From a virus, in the IMG/VR virus record IMGVR_UViG_3300031521_000001: a stretch of DNA of 64,000 nucleotides; one strand, given 5' to 3'. This document shows, in pieces, positions 9,923 to 18,678 of the stretch; position 1 is the first letter of the stretch; each line of letters opens with the position of its first letter. Both the position numbers and the translations under genes were made by a program. The notes beneath the pieces are model-generated. The model worked only from the letters and a program-made list of their open reading frames with translations. It ran no database searches and was not told the DNA's origin.

Positions 9923-11101
9923 ATGAAATGGACATTAGAAATATGTCAAAAAGCAGCATTAAAATATGAATATAGAAGTGATTTTAAAAAATTAGATAAT
10001 TTAGCATATAATGCTTGTGTAAAAAATAAATATTTAAATATTGTTTGTTCACATATGAAATATAAAATTAATACTCCAGGACATTGGACACACAATAAAT
10101 GTCAAGAAGCAGCATTAAATTATAATTCTATATCAGATTTTCAAAAAAATGAAGCAACTGCATATAATAAGTCATTAAAAAATAATTGGCTAAATAGTAT
10201 TTGTTCTCATATGAATTTAAGTCATAAACCTAATAATTACTGGACAATAGAAAAATGTCAAGAAGTAGCATTAAAATATTTAACCAGAACTGATTTTAGA
10301 AAAAATGATGCTAGTGCATATAGAATATCTATTTCAAAAAAATGGATAGAAAAAATTTGTAATCATATGACTTATGTTAATAATTATTGGAATTATGATA
10401 AATGCAAAGAAGAAGCATTAAAGTGTAATAGTAGAAATGATTTTCAAAAAAAATATAGAGGTGCTTATAATTTTTCAAATGTAAATAATATATCTAATGA
10501 TATCTGTTCACATATGATAAAAATTGGTAGTAAAGAATTTAGATGTATTTATGCTTTTGAATTTGATGATAATTGTGCATATATTGGATTGACATATAAT
10601 ATAAAAATTAGAGAGCAGGAGCATATTAAAAAAGGTCCAATTTACAAACATTTACAAAAAGCAAGCAATAAATATAAATTGATACAATTAACTGACTATA
10701 TTAATAAATCAGAAGCACAGAAATTGGAAGAATATTATATGAATGAATACAAAAATAATAATTGGAAATTATTAAATACTAACAAAAAAAGTACATTAGG
10801 AGGATCTGCTAAATTTTGGACATATGAAAAATGTAAATACGAGGCATCAAAATATATTTATAAAGATGATTTTCTAAAAAACAATAGTAGTGCAGCAGCA
10901 TCTGCAATTAAAAATGAATGGTATAAAGATATATGCTCTCATATGATAGCAAAAAAAAGAAAAAATTCATGGCCAGAAGATGATATTATTTTTTTAATTG
11001 AAAATTATCATATAGGAATAAAATGTTGTGCTAAAAAATTAAATAGGTCTTATTATTCTGTTAAATCTCAATATCAAGTATTAAAAAACAAATTCAAATA
11101 A
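9923..11101 (+). CDS. GIY-YIG-type homing endonuclease-like protein with helical repeats
   Basis: CIYAFEFDDNCAYIGLT..R..EH nuclease motif flanked by ~50-aa WTxExCxxxALKY...ICSHM repeats. Confidence 0.75.
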   Translation: MKWTLEICQKAALKYEYRSDFKKLDNLAYNACVKNKYLNIVCSHMKYKINTPGHWTHNKCQEAALNYNSISDFQKNEATAYNKSLKNNWLNSICSHMNLSHKPNNYWTIEKCQEVALKYLTRTDFRKNDASAYRISISKKWIEKICNHMTYVNNYWNYDKCKEEALKCNSRNDFQKKYRGAYNFSNVNNISNDICSHMIKIGSKEFRCIYAFEFDDNCAYIGLTYNIKIREQEHIKKGPIYKHLQKASNKYKLIQLTDYINKSEAQKLEEYYMNEYKNNNWKLLNTNKKSTLGGSAKFWTYEKCKYEASKYIYKDDFLKNNSSAAASAIKNEWYKDICSHMIAKKRKNSWPEDDIIFLIENYHIGIKCCAKKLNRSYYSVKSQYQVLKNKFK

Positions 11102-11115
11102 TTATATATATCAGC

Positions 11116-11535
11116 ATGATAACAGAATTCAAATTATTCGAGAACTCAGATGATAAAGTCACATTGGTATTGGATGATATTGTAGATTACTTTGATAGTC
11201 ATGAAGATTCAATACGAAATTTCATTTTCAAATTATTTAATTTCAACAATAACATTGTTGAATTTAATTGTAATAAATGTACAGATGATATAAATGGTGT
11301 TACAAATTTTATACATTCAAATAAACATCATAAAGGAATTATAAACGGTAGAAGTTATGGATTTAATTATGATCTTAAACATATATACTTAACATTGAGA
11401 TTGAAAAGAATAAAATTTAGTCATATAGTAGACACAAATTCTCAGATGACAATTTATGGAAATATTCCTGGTGATATAAAAAAAATAATAAATGATATTA
11501 ATATAAAAAGACAAGCAAATAAATTTAACATATGA
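11116..11535 (+). CDS. KFN[IL]-tagged protein (paralog of 11950)
   Basis: MITEFKLFE leader, VEFNCNKC, C-terminus ANKFNI. Confidence 0.75.
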   Translation: MITEFKLFENSDDKVTLVLDDIVDYFDSHEDSIRNFIFKLFNFNNNIVEFNCNKCTDDINGVTNFIHSNKHHKGIINGRSYGFNYDLKHIYLTLRLKRIKFSHIVDTNSQMTIYGNIPGDIKKIINDINIKRQANKFNI

Positions 11536-11948
11536 TACTAACTACTTCAGCAATTTTAAACATTTTAATAATACTTTTTTTATTATTAATATCTGGTATA
11601 TCTAAATCTATAACTGATATATCATCTTCTCCTAATTTATTTTACAAGTCAAGATTATATTTAAAATATAAATTAAATCCAAAATTTTGGGAACAAGGAT
11701 TGGGGTCTCTCAATAAATATAAAAATGCCAATCCATTAAATGGAGAAAAATTCATAGGAAGTACTACTATTTTTGTTGTGTTTACTGATGCATGGCATTT
11801 ATTTTGGTTTATATCTGAAATAACTATGATTCTTGCATCTGTTATAATCACATTGAATACATCTATTTGGTTTGTTATGTTGGCATTTTCAATTAAACTG
11901 ATATTTTTTGAAATTGTTTTTAATTATTTAAGGAAAAAAATTAATTAA
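11532..11948 (+). CDS. membrane protein
   Basis: Several hydrophobic segments and an FTDAWH motif; ATGA overlap with the upstream gene. Confidence 0.7.
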   Translation: MILTTSAILNILIILFLLLISGISKSITDISSSPNLFYKSRLYLKYKLNPKFWEQGLGSLNKYKNANPLNGEKFIGSTTIFVVFTDAWHLFWFISEITMILASVIITLNTSIWFVMLAFSIKLIFFEIVFNYLRKKIN

Positions 11949-11949
11949 T

Positions 11950-12387
11950 ATGATTATAAATTTCAAAATATTTGAAAATACAGAAACCGAAACAACATTC
12001 ATACTAAATGATTTGTTAAATTACTATTCTGGTAGTTACACGAAAATTAAAAAATTTCTTAGTAATTTGTTGATAGTTGATACATTAGTTGAATTTAATT
12101 GTAAGAATTGTTATGATAAAGAAAAAAATATTTTTATAGATGTACCTCAAATAGTTAAAGGTAGAATCAACACCATAACAGAGTGTACGACTGGATATCA
12201 AGGCACTTTACAACACAAGAAAAGAATATTTGTTCTATTATCATTAATATTAACTACAAATGATAATTATATTTACCATGTTGACAATAAATCATCATTT
12301 ACTATTTATGGTAATATTACAGAAAAACAGAAAAAAGTAATCAATGAAATGAATTTAACAAGAATCTCAAATAAATTCAACTTATAA
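11950..12387 (+). CDS. KFN[IL]-tagged protein (paralog of 11116)
   Basis: MIINFKIFE leader, VEFNCKNC, C-terminus SNKFNL. Confidence 0.75.
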   Translation: MIINFKIFENTETETTFILNDLLNYYSGSYTKIKKFLSNLLIVDTLVEFNCKNCYDKEKNIFIDVPQIVKGRINTITECTTGYQGTLQHKKRIFVLLSLILTTNDNYIYHVDNKSSFTIYGNITEKQKKVINEMNLTRISNKFNL

Positions 12388-12432
12388 TAATATAAAAGAT
12401 GATAATTATTAGTAAAGGTTATATTTTTTTTG

Positions 12433-12440
12433 TATCTTTG
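12433..12440 (+). promoter_or_regulatory. Bacteroidota-type -7 element (TATCTTTG)
   Basis: TAnnTTTG followed by C, 30 nt upstream of the ATG at 12470. Confidence 0.6.
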
Positions 12441-12469
12441 CGAAATATAATTATAAATAAAAATAATAT

Positions 12470-12901
12470 ATGAACTCAAAAATAAATTCCTCTATAAAAA
12501 TTAGTTCTGATACTGAAAAATTTCTAAATAATTATGAAGAAATATATAAAAAGAAATATGAAGAAAATATAACTGATAGTTTCACATATAGAGGTATACC
12601 ATATTCTTGTTATGATGAATTCGCACTATTAATATTTATGTATAAATATCCATATATTTGGAAAACAGATAATAAAAAAACAAATAAAAAAATACAAAGA
12701 GAAGTAAAAAAATATACATTAGATTCTGTGATAACGAAAATAGAAGAAACACCAAAATTATATTATGAAATAGAAGAATATACAAATAAAACATCACTGG
12801 TTTGGAAAAGTTCATATTTCATTTTTTCATACTATTTATTTTTAAATGCTGTAAATTATACTCCATCATGGATAATATCAACAAGAAAATTTAATATATA
12901 A
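12470..12901 (+). CDS. KFN[IL]-tagged protein without the N-terminal leader
   Basis: C-terminus TRKFNI. Confidence 0.65.
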   Translation: MNSKINSSIKISSDTEKFLNNYEEIYKKKYEENITDSFTYRGIPYSCYDEFALLIFMYKYPYIWKTDNKKTNKKIQREVKKYTLDSVITKIEETPKLYYEIEEYTNKTSLVWKSSYFIFSYYLFLNAVNYTPSWIISTRKFNI

Positions 12902-12996
12902 TTATGATAATTGAAAAATTTAATATATTTAAAAGAAAAAAGAAAATATATAATTATGATAATTGAAAAATTTAATATATTTAAAAGAAAAAAAGA
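12893..12996 (+). repeat. 52-bp tandem duplication spanning a gene start
   Basis: aatatataattatgataattgaaaaatttaatatatttaaaagaaaaaa occurs at 12893 and 12945. Confidence 0.85.
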
Positions 12997-13300
12997 AAAA
13001 GAAAAATATTTCTTAGTTTTATTCAAACCAGATGAAGGAGATTATTTTATATTATATAAAATAATTCTTGGAATTGAAGAATTTGTTCTTACTGACAAAA
13101 TTGATTCAAGTAATATAGATATCCTTAAAAAGAAAAATACCAACATTGAAAGTTTTACTACAATTGAATTAGCCAACGATAGATTAGATATTGTAATACA
13201 CAAATACAATGATCACCAATGGGCTAATAGAAATAATTGGATGATAAAAACTTTTGATGAGTTGAATTTTTTATTCACTACAAATAAATTTAATATATAA
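12956..13300 (+). CDS. KFN[IL]-tagged protein
   Basis: Likely start ATG 12956 (MIIEKFNIF); C-terminus TNKFNI. Confidence 0.7.
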   Translation: MIIEKFNIFKRKKEKEKYFLVLFKPDEGDYFILYKIILGIEEFVLTDKIDSSNIDILKKKNTNIESFTTIELANDRLDIVIHKYNDHQWANRNNWMIKTFDELNFLFTTNKFNI

Positions 13301-13319
13301 AAAAAAAACATAAATAATA

Positions 13320-13793
13320 ATGAAAAAATTAGTAGATTTTGGCGAATATGTAAAAGAAAAAATTGAATTTCCTCAGGGTGGTGATATTGGTGGTAATCAC
13401 AAAAAAAAGATTTCTGATGAAGAATTTGAAAAAAATCCAAGCGTAAAAGGAATAACATCAAACGCTTATACTGTGGAAAGAGAAAAAAATGAAGAAAGAA
13501 AAATAAATCTAATGGGTGATTTATTGAAAAACTACAATGATCAATATACTGTTAATGCTTTAATTGGAGCAGTAAATGATTATAATCCTAAATTTCCTAA
13601 CTATAGTACAGATCAGATAAGGAATTACATGAACAATCTTCCACAATCTATTAAAAATCATTTTGATATTGTTAGTTCAACAAAAGAAGATGTAGACGAT
13701 TTCATAGAAAATAAATTTGAATTATTTAAACGTTCTTATGATATGTTTAAAGAAATAGATAAGAAATATCCTGGTGAAAGATATGGTAGATGA
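13320..13793 (+). CDS. hypothetical protein with leader-like N-terminus
   Basis: Begins MKKLVDFGEYVKE; 157 aa. Confidence 0.65.
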   Translation: MKKLVDFGEYVKEKIEFPQGGDIGGNHKKKISDEEFEKNPSVKGITSNAYTVEREKNEERKINLMGDLLKNYNDQYTVNALIGAVNDYNPKFPNYSTDQIRNYMNNLPQSIKNHFDIVSSTKEDVDDFIENKFELFKRSYDMFKEIDKKYPGERYGR

Positions 13794-13795
13794 AT

Positions 13796-13822
13796 AAAAA
13801 GTCAGATTAAATCTGACTTTTT
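13796..13822. terminator. bidirectional terminator
   Basis: AAAAAGTCAGAT-TAA-ATCTGACTTTTT between convergent genes. Confidence 0.8.
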
Positions 13823-14079
13823 TAGTATAGTTGTTCTTCGATTAACATTCTCTTTTTAAATTCTGAATCAACTTGATCATAAAGTTGATTTACCATATCT
13901 GCACACCATTCAAAATCTTTTATAAGTTTATCTGTGTCATCTATATAATATAAATTATCAACTTTATCTTTTAAATAGTCGATATCATCTTCATTTCCTA
14001 ATTGTGAAAAATAATTATATTGTTGTATTATTTTAAGATAACCCAACATTTTATGTATATCATTTATTAATTTGCTCAT
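13822..14079 (-). CDS. hypothetical protein
   Basis: 85 aa; ATGA overlap with the upstream gene. Confidence 0.65.
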   Translation of the reverse strand: MSKLINDIHKMLGYLKIIQQYNYFSQLGNEDDIDYLKDKVDNLYYIDDTDKLIKDFEWCADMVNQLYDQVDSEFKKRMLIEEQLY

Positions 14080-14417
14080 ATGTTAAATTTTTTAGTATCT
14101 TTATTCTTTAATAAATACTCAAAATATTCTATTTCATCTTTTTTCATATATCTATCTATTAAGCCTTCTTCAGCATCGAATTTACCATCCAATATTTTAA
14201 CTTTATATGGGTAAAGATTTAATGTGTTAATATAATTATCATGTTTTTTATTTGAATCTGTTTCTTCAGGTTCGTTTATGAATCCGTTTTTATCTATTTT
14301 AAGTATTTGTCCTAAGCAATCATCATAAGTAAAATCTGGCTCCATATCTAAATGAACATAATCTCCTACTTTATATTTAGGCTTTAGTTGGCTTTCAAAT
14401 AATCTTAAGTGCTTCAT
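14076..14417 (-). CDS. KFN[IL]-tagged protein with KOW/SH3-like core
   Basis: MKHLRLFE leader, YKVGDYV, C-terminus TKKFNI. Confidence 0.8.
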   Translation of the reverse strand: MKHLRLFESQLKPKYKVGDYVHLDMEPDFTYDDCLGQILKIDKNGFINEPEETDSNKKHDNYINTLNLYPYKVKILDGKFDAEEGLIDRYMKKDEIEYFEYLLKNKDTKKFNI

Positions 14418-14761
14418 ATGTTAAATTTGTTTGTATTTTTAATTGCTTCATATTCTATTATCTCATCATCTGTTGCTAATCTTTTTATTGTATTATTTTT
14501 ATTCCAAAAAAATACAGAATTTTTTATTTTATCTTTTCCAACATTTTTATCAGAAAAAAAATGTTTTATTTTATCTGGAATATTAACATATTGAATAATC
14601 ATACTTTTATCATCAATAAACATTATTTTTCCTATCGAATTATTCACAAAATCCTTCAACTTTGTTAATGTGTTAGATTTTGTATCATAGTTAATTGATA
14701 CATAATCACCTACTTTATATTCAGTGGTTAATTCATTTTCAAAATTTTTTAAATATTTCAT
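14414..14761 (-). CDS. KFN[IL]-tagged protein with KOW/SH3-like core
   Basis: MKYLKNFE leader, YKVGDYV, RLATDDEI...TNKFNI. Confidence 0.8.
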   Translation of the reverse strand: MKYLKNFENELTTEYKVGDYVSINYDTKSNTLTKLKDFVNNSIGKIMFIDDKSMIIQYVNIPDKIKHFFSDKNVGKDKIKNSVFFWNKNNTIKRLATDDEIIEYEAIKNTNKFNI

Positions 14762-14764
14762 ATA

Positions 14765-15667
14765 TTAAATTTTTCTATTGAATACATATAGGTCAAATAT
14801 ATTTTTACCGTCTACAATTTTATTGTTACTTAAATCAGAACCTAAAAATGTTTTAATGCATCTATAATTACCTATTAATTTTTTACCATCGTATACTTTA
14901 ATTTGTCTATTAATTGTACCCATAGCACCTACTAATACAAGATAATTATTACCAAACATACTCTTCATTACAGAAAATTTCATAGACTTTGTACTTGAAT
15001 CTCTCAAAAATCTATTAGCATCATAATTATTTTTATTGATAAGCAAGTTCTTTGATGGAGTTTTTAAATCTATCTGACTATTAGAGTTGGTTATTTCTAT
15101 GCTCACTACTCCTCCCGTTGGTGTGGAGATAGTCGTTTCCTCTTCTGACTGTATCTGTCCACCTTTCAATAAAGTGTTCTGATTTCTTCTTATTTCATTA
15201 AAATCAGCTTTGGCTAATATCTTCTCTGTCATAATTCTATCATTTTGCATATAATTTTTGGGTGGAAGCCTAAAAAAATTACCAGTAAATGTCATTGACT
15301 TTATGTTATCAGTTTTAAATAATCTCCAAACTTTTTTTGTTTCAGCTTTTTGTGATACAGACCATCCTTCTAAGTGCCAGCCTCTTACAAGCATATTCTT
15401 TGTATTCTTATTAACTCCAAGTACCATAGGCTGAATTGTTCTTTCTCTACCACCTTTCCAGCGATCCTCATCTCCATTATAATTCAGAAGAATAACCAAG
15501 CCATATTTAATAGCTTTTTTCATTAATTCCACATCAAATTTAACAGGTTTGTTGATAGGAAATTTTGGTATAATATTTGGATCAATCTGTTGAGCCTCAT
15601 TAATTTTAGTACCAAATATTTTTATATCTTTATTTTTAAATTTGTATTCTTTACCTTCTTCAAACAT
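14765..15667 (-). CDS. WYL-like domain protein
   Basis: ERTIQPMVLG...LVRGWH...WRLFKTDNI resembles the WYL R-x-I-x-P...W...R-x-F-x-x-D-x-I pattern. Confidence 0.5.
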   Translation of the reverse strand: MFEEGKEYKFKNKDIKIFGTKINEAQQIDPNIIPKFPINKPVKFDVELMKKAIKYGLVILLNYNGDEDRWKGGRERTIQPMVLGVNKNTKNMLVRGWHLEGWSVSQKAETKKVWRLFKTDNIKSMTFTGNFFRLPPKNYMQNDRIMTEKILAKADFNEIRRNQNTLLKGGQIQSEEETTISTPTGGVVSIEITNSNSQIDLKTPSKNLLINKNNYDANRFLRDSSTKSMKFSVMKSMFGNNYLVLVGAMGTINRQIKVYDGKKLIGNYRCIKTFLGSDLSNNKIVDGKNIFDLYVFNRKI

Positions 15668-16553
15668 GATTTTTTTTACCTTTTTTTATATTTATAAGTC
15701 TTTTAGTTATACATAGATTATTGATATTACCTATTTTTTCTATAGAAATGTTATTATCAAATCCATATTTAATTGATATTTTGTGATCTAAACTAGGATA
15801 ATTATCATCAAAAGATTTTAAATTGAAATTATCTTTAATATATTCATTATCATAATAATCATAACCATTCCAATTATTATAAAGTTCTTTTTTATATTTA
15901 TATGTTTCATTTCTAACTTTTTTTCTATATTCAATAATACTATTATCATTTATCTTATATTTACCATCACAATATGTACAATTTTGTTTATGATTATTAT
16001 GATTTGATGGAGATTGAAAAAAGTGCTTTCCACACATATTACAAATTATTTCTACTTTAATTTTATTAGTTACATAATTTACCAGAGTATAATTATATTT
16101 ATTACCATGAATATCTTTTGCTTTTTGTATGAATTTTGTTCTTTTTTCTTCTAATTCAATCTTTTTATTATTTGATTTTATTATATTTTTACTTTCTTCT
16201 AATGCTTCTCTTTTTATTTGATTTCTCTTCTTATTTTCTTCTATAAAATTTGTATCTAAAAATATACATTTGATATTATTTTTTTCTAAATATGTTTTCT
16301 CAGATTTTACATGACAACATTTATTACAAAAATATTCATTATATGTTTCTAAACTTTTTAAGTAATTTCTATATTGCATTTTTCTTAATTCACCACATTT
16401 ATCACATTTTACAAAAATTTCAATTCCACTATGCTTAGGTAAATCTTTAATATAAACATTCATTTTATTGTTTATTATTTCATATCCTAAATTAATATAA
16501 TGTGCTTTCGTTGTATTTGTTACATTTATTGTTATTTTATCTTTTGTTATCAT
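15660..16553 (-). CDS. HNH-type homing endonuclease-like protein with Zn ribbons
   Basis: CxxC pairs, a KAKDIHGNKYNY module, and C-terminal SLDHKISI...NLCITKRLIN..KG. Confidence 0.65.
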   Translation of the reverse strand: MITKDKITINVTNTTKAHYINLGYEIINNKMNVYIKDLPKHSGIEIFVKCDKCGELRKMQYRNYLKSLETYNEYFCNKCCHVKSEKTYLEKNNIKCIFLDTNFIEENKKRNQIKREALEESKNIIKSNNKKIELEEKRTKFIQKAKDIHGNKYNYTLVNYVTNKIKVEIICNMCGKHFFQSPSNHNNHKQNCTYCDGKYKINDNSIIEYRKKVRNETYKYKKELYNNWNGYDYYDNEYIKDNFNLKSFDDNYPSLDHKISIKYGFDNNISIEKIGNINNLCITKRLINIKKGKKNHV

Positions 16554-16699
16554 ATTCTCTTTTTTATACTATTTTCTTCATTTATAAATAGTTGATAATC
16601 AATTATTTATAAAAAACATGCAAGATCATGATATATATATACTATATAATATATATTTTCCGCCTTAAATGCTTGAAACTTATAATAGTTATATATTAA

Positions 16700-17413
16700 T
16701 TATTTTCTTTGATTATATTGTTTTTTGATTATTTGTGCCAAAAATATTGCATCTATTTCATCATCTATTGGCTTAGGTACTTTTTTTATTTTGGATATTC
16801 TTTCCATATTTTCCACACACCAATCCTTTAGTTCTAATTTTGAATCGCTTTTAATTAGTGCGTAAAGCATATCCCATTTATCAAAGTCTTTAGCATTTTT
16901 ACCTTCATCATTTTCATTATGAATAATTTCTTTGATTACCTTTTTACCTTTAGTTTCAATTCTGGGTTTGTATGCCATTTTACATGCTTCCATTTTAAGA
17001 GTTATTGGTGAAAATATTTGTATATCCCCGTATTTATTTATTCTATGTAATAATTTATACTTGAGTAATGTTGTGAATTCAATTAAATCAAATATTGGTC
17101 CTTTTGAATTATAGGAAAATCCTTCAATTCCTATTCTTATACTATCTAATATTCCTACATTATCAAATATATCGTTAATTATTAAATCTGTAACTTCATC
17201 AAAATTTTTCAATTTTAATATTTCAGATTTACTATAATCTTCCTCATCTAAATATGAATATTTAATGTGTCTATAATTAATAAATGAGTTTGTGTCTTTA
17301 ACCCAAGTGTTGTTTTCTTTTTGAGTAGAATAACTAAATAGTTTAGTGATTCCATTCTTTTCAATACATAGAGCAGTTGAAATTTTTGATACATCTAATC
17401 CAATAAATATCAT
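16700..17413 (-). CDS. RuvC-like (RNase H fold) Holliday junction resolvase
   Basis: Likely start MIFIGLDVS; IGIEGFSY and DDEIDAIF acidic motifs. Confidence 0.7.
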   Translation of the reverse strand: MIFIGLDVSKISTALCIEKNGITKLFSYSTQKENNTWVKDTNSFINYRHIKYSYLDEEDYSKSEILKLKNFDEVTDLIINDIFDNVGILDSIRIGIEGFSYNSKGPIFDLIEFTTLLKYKLLHRINKYGDIQIFSPITLKMEACKMAYKPRIETKGKKVIKEIIHNENDEGKNAKDFDKWDMLYALIKSDSKLELKDWCVENMERISKIKKVPKPIDDEIDAIFLAQIIKKQYNQRK

Positions 17414-17465
17414 AAACTGTTTTGTTTTTTTTTTATATATAAATAAAAACAAGTTCTTAAAATAG

Positions 17466-17717
17466 ATGTTAAAAGGAATAATTGATGATAAGATAGATAG
17501 TTTTGATGGATTTCACTTAGTTTATGCTAAAAAATGTGGAAGTCCAAAAAATAAATTTTTCGAAAAAAGAATTGATGTGATTGAATTTTTCTCTCACAAC
17601 TTAAATAATATTGATTTTTTATCAATAAATGATGTTATTATAGATATAAATAAATTAGTTGAAAATAGTAAACAGCTAGGTCGATATTTAAAATTAATGA
17701 AGATATATGAAATATGA
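17466..17717 (+). CDS. hypothetical protein with RxxKL-type C-terminal motif
   Basis: Ends GRYLKLMKIYEI. Confidence 0.6.
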   Translation: MLKGIIDDKIDSFDGFHLVYAKKCGSPKNKFFEKRIDVIEFFSHNLNNIDFLSINDVIIDINKLVENSKQLGRYLKLMKIYEI

Positions 17718-18078
17718 TGGAGTAGTGTTAAAAATAGAAGATAATCTATTTTTATTTGTTCTTAATCCAGAAACAAAAAATTTAACAGATGGTGTAAACA
17801 TATCTGCTCACGAGTGTTATGAAAATTTAAAACACACACAATTGGTTGTAGTTAACACAATTTTCAAAGATGGTACAGAAGAAATAGATAAAATAGATTT
17901 AGAAGAATTTATACATGGTGATAAATACGGAAAATATGATACTTTTATTTTAATTAGTGATGTTATTACATATACAATACCTAATTTATTAGATATGATT
18001 AAAAAAGGAGAATTGAATATGGTAGGTAAAACTTGTATAGAAGACTCCAAAAAAAATGAAGATGATATTAATGAATGA
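17707..18078 (+). CDS. hypothetical protein
   Basis: 123 aa ORF in an overlapping operon. Confidence 0.6.
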   Translation: MKYDGVVLKIEDNLFLFVLNPETKNLTDGVNISAHECYENLKHTQLVVVNTIFKDGTEEIDKIDLEEFIHGDKYGKYDTFILISDVITYTIPNLLDMIKKGELNMVGKTCIEDSKKNEDDINE

Positions 18079-18373
18079 TACTTTTTCACTAAAAAATAGT
18101 TTAGAAAAGCTTAAAACCAAAAAATATGATATAAGTATTGATAATACTATTGATAGCTTATTAATTAAATTTGATGAAGAACAACTTAGAATGTTATCAA
18201 AAAGACAAGGACTGTTGATTGATAACAAACTTATTAGATTATTTTTCGTTGAAAATGTTGGATTTAGATGTTACAATGAAAAAGATGATATTTATGGTAA
18301 ATTTTCAATTTGTATTAACATTGAAAGATTTATGAATAACTTATATTTAGAATATATTTCTAATCATATTTAG
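18071..18373 (+). CDS. hypothetical protein
   Basis: ORF 18056..18373; the ATG at 18071 overlaps the upstream stop region. Confidence 0.55.
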   Translation: MNDTFSLKNSLEKLKTKKYDISIDNTIDSLLIKFDEEQLRMLSKRQGLLIDNKLIRLFFVENVGFRCYNEKDDIYGKFSICINIERFMNNLYLEYISNHI

Positions 18374-18665
18374 CTAAACACATAGTATCATCACCTAAGC
18401 CCAATGCCACACCAAAGCTACATGGTCCACTTTCTTCGTCACTTACACCAATTACACAATTCTCAATTATTATTCTATCTGGTGTGTCTGGATCTATGTA
18501 ATATTTATATCTAGTTTTTTTAATTTTTGGTATTTGAGATACATTACCATTTTCATCCATAAATTGATGAATATCAGTGGTGCTACTTAAAGTAGCACCA
18601 CTTTTTATTGTGTAACCTGTTATACCATCAAAACTTCTTGTATAAAGAGTATTGTAATCTGTCAT
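18360..18665 (-). CDS. hypothetical, probably virion-associated protein
   Basis: Directly downstream of the large structural gene. Confidence 0.55.
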   Translation of the reverse strand: MTDYNTLYTRSFDGITGYTIKSGATLSSTTDIHQFMDENGNVSQIPKIKKTRYKYYIDPDTPDRIIIENCVIGVSDEESGPCSFGVALGLGDDTMCLAKYD

Positions 18666-18678
18666 GATGTCATTTATT

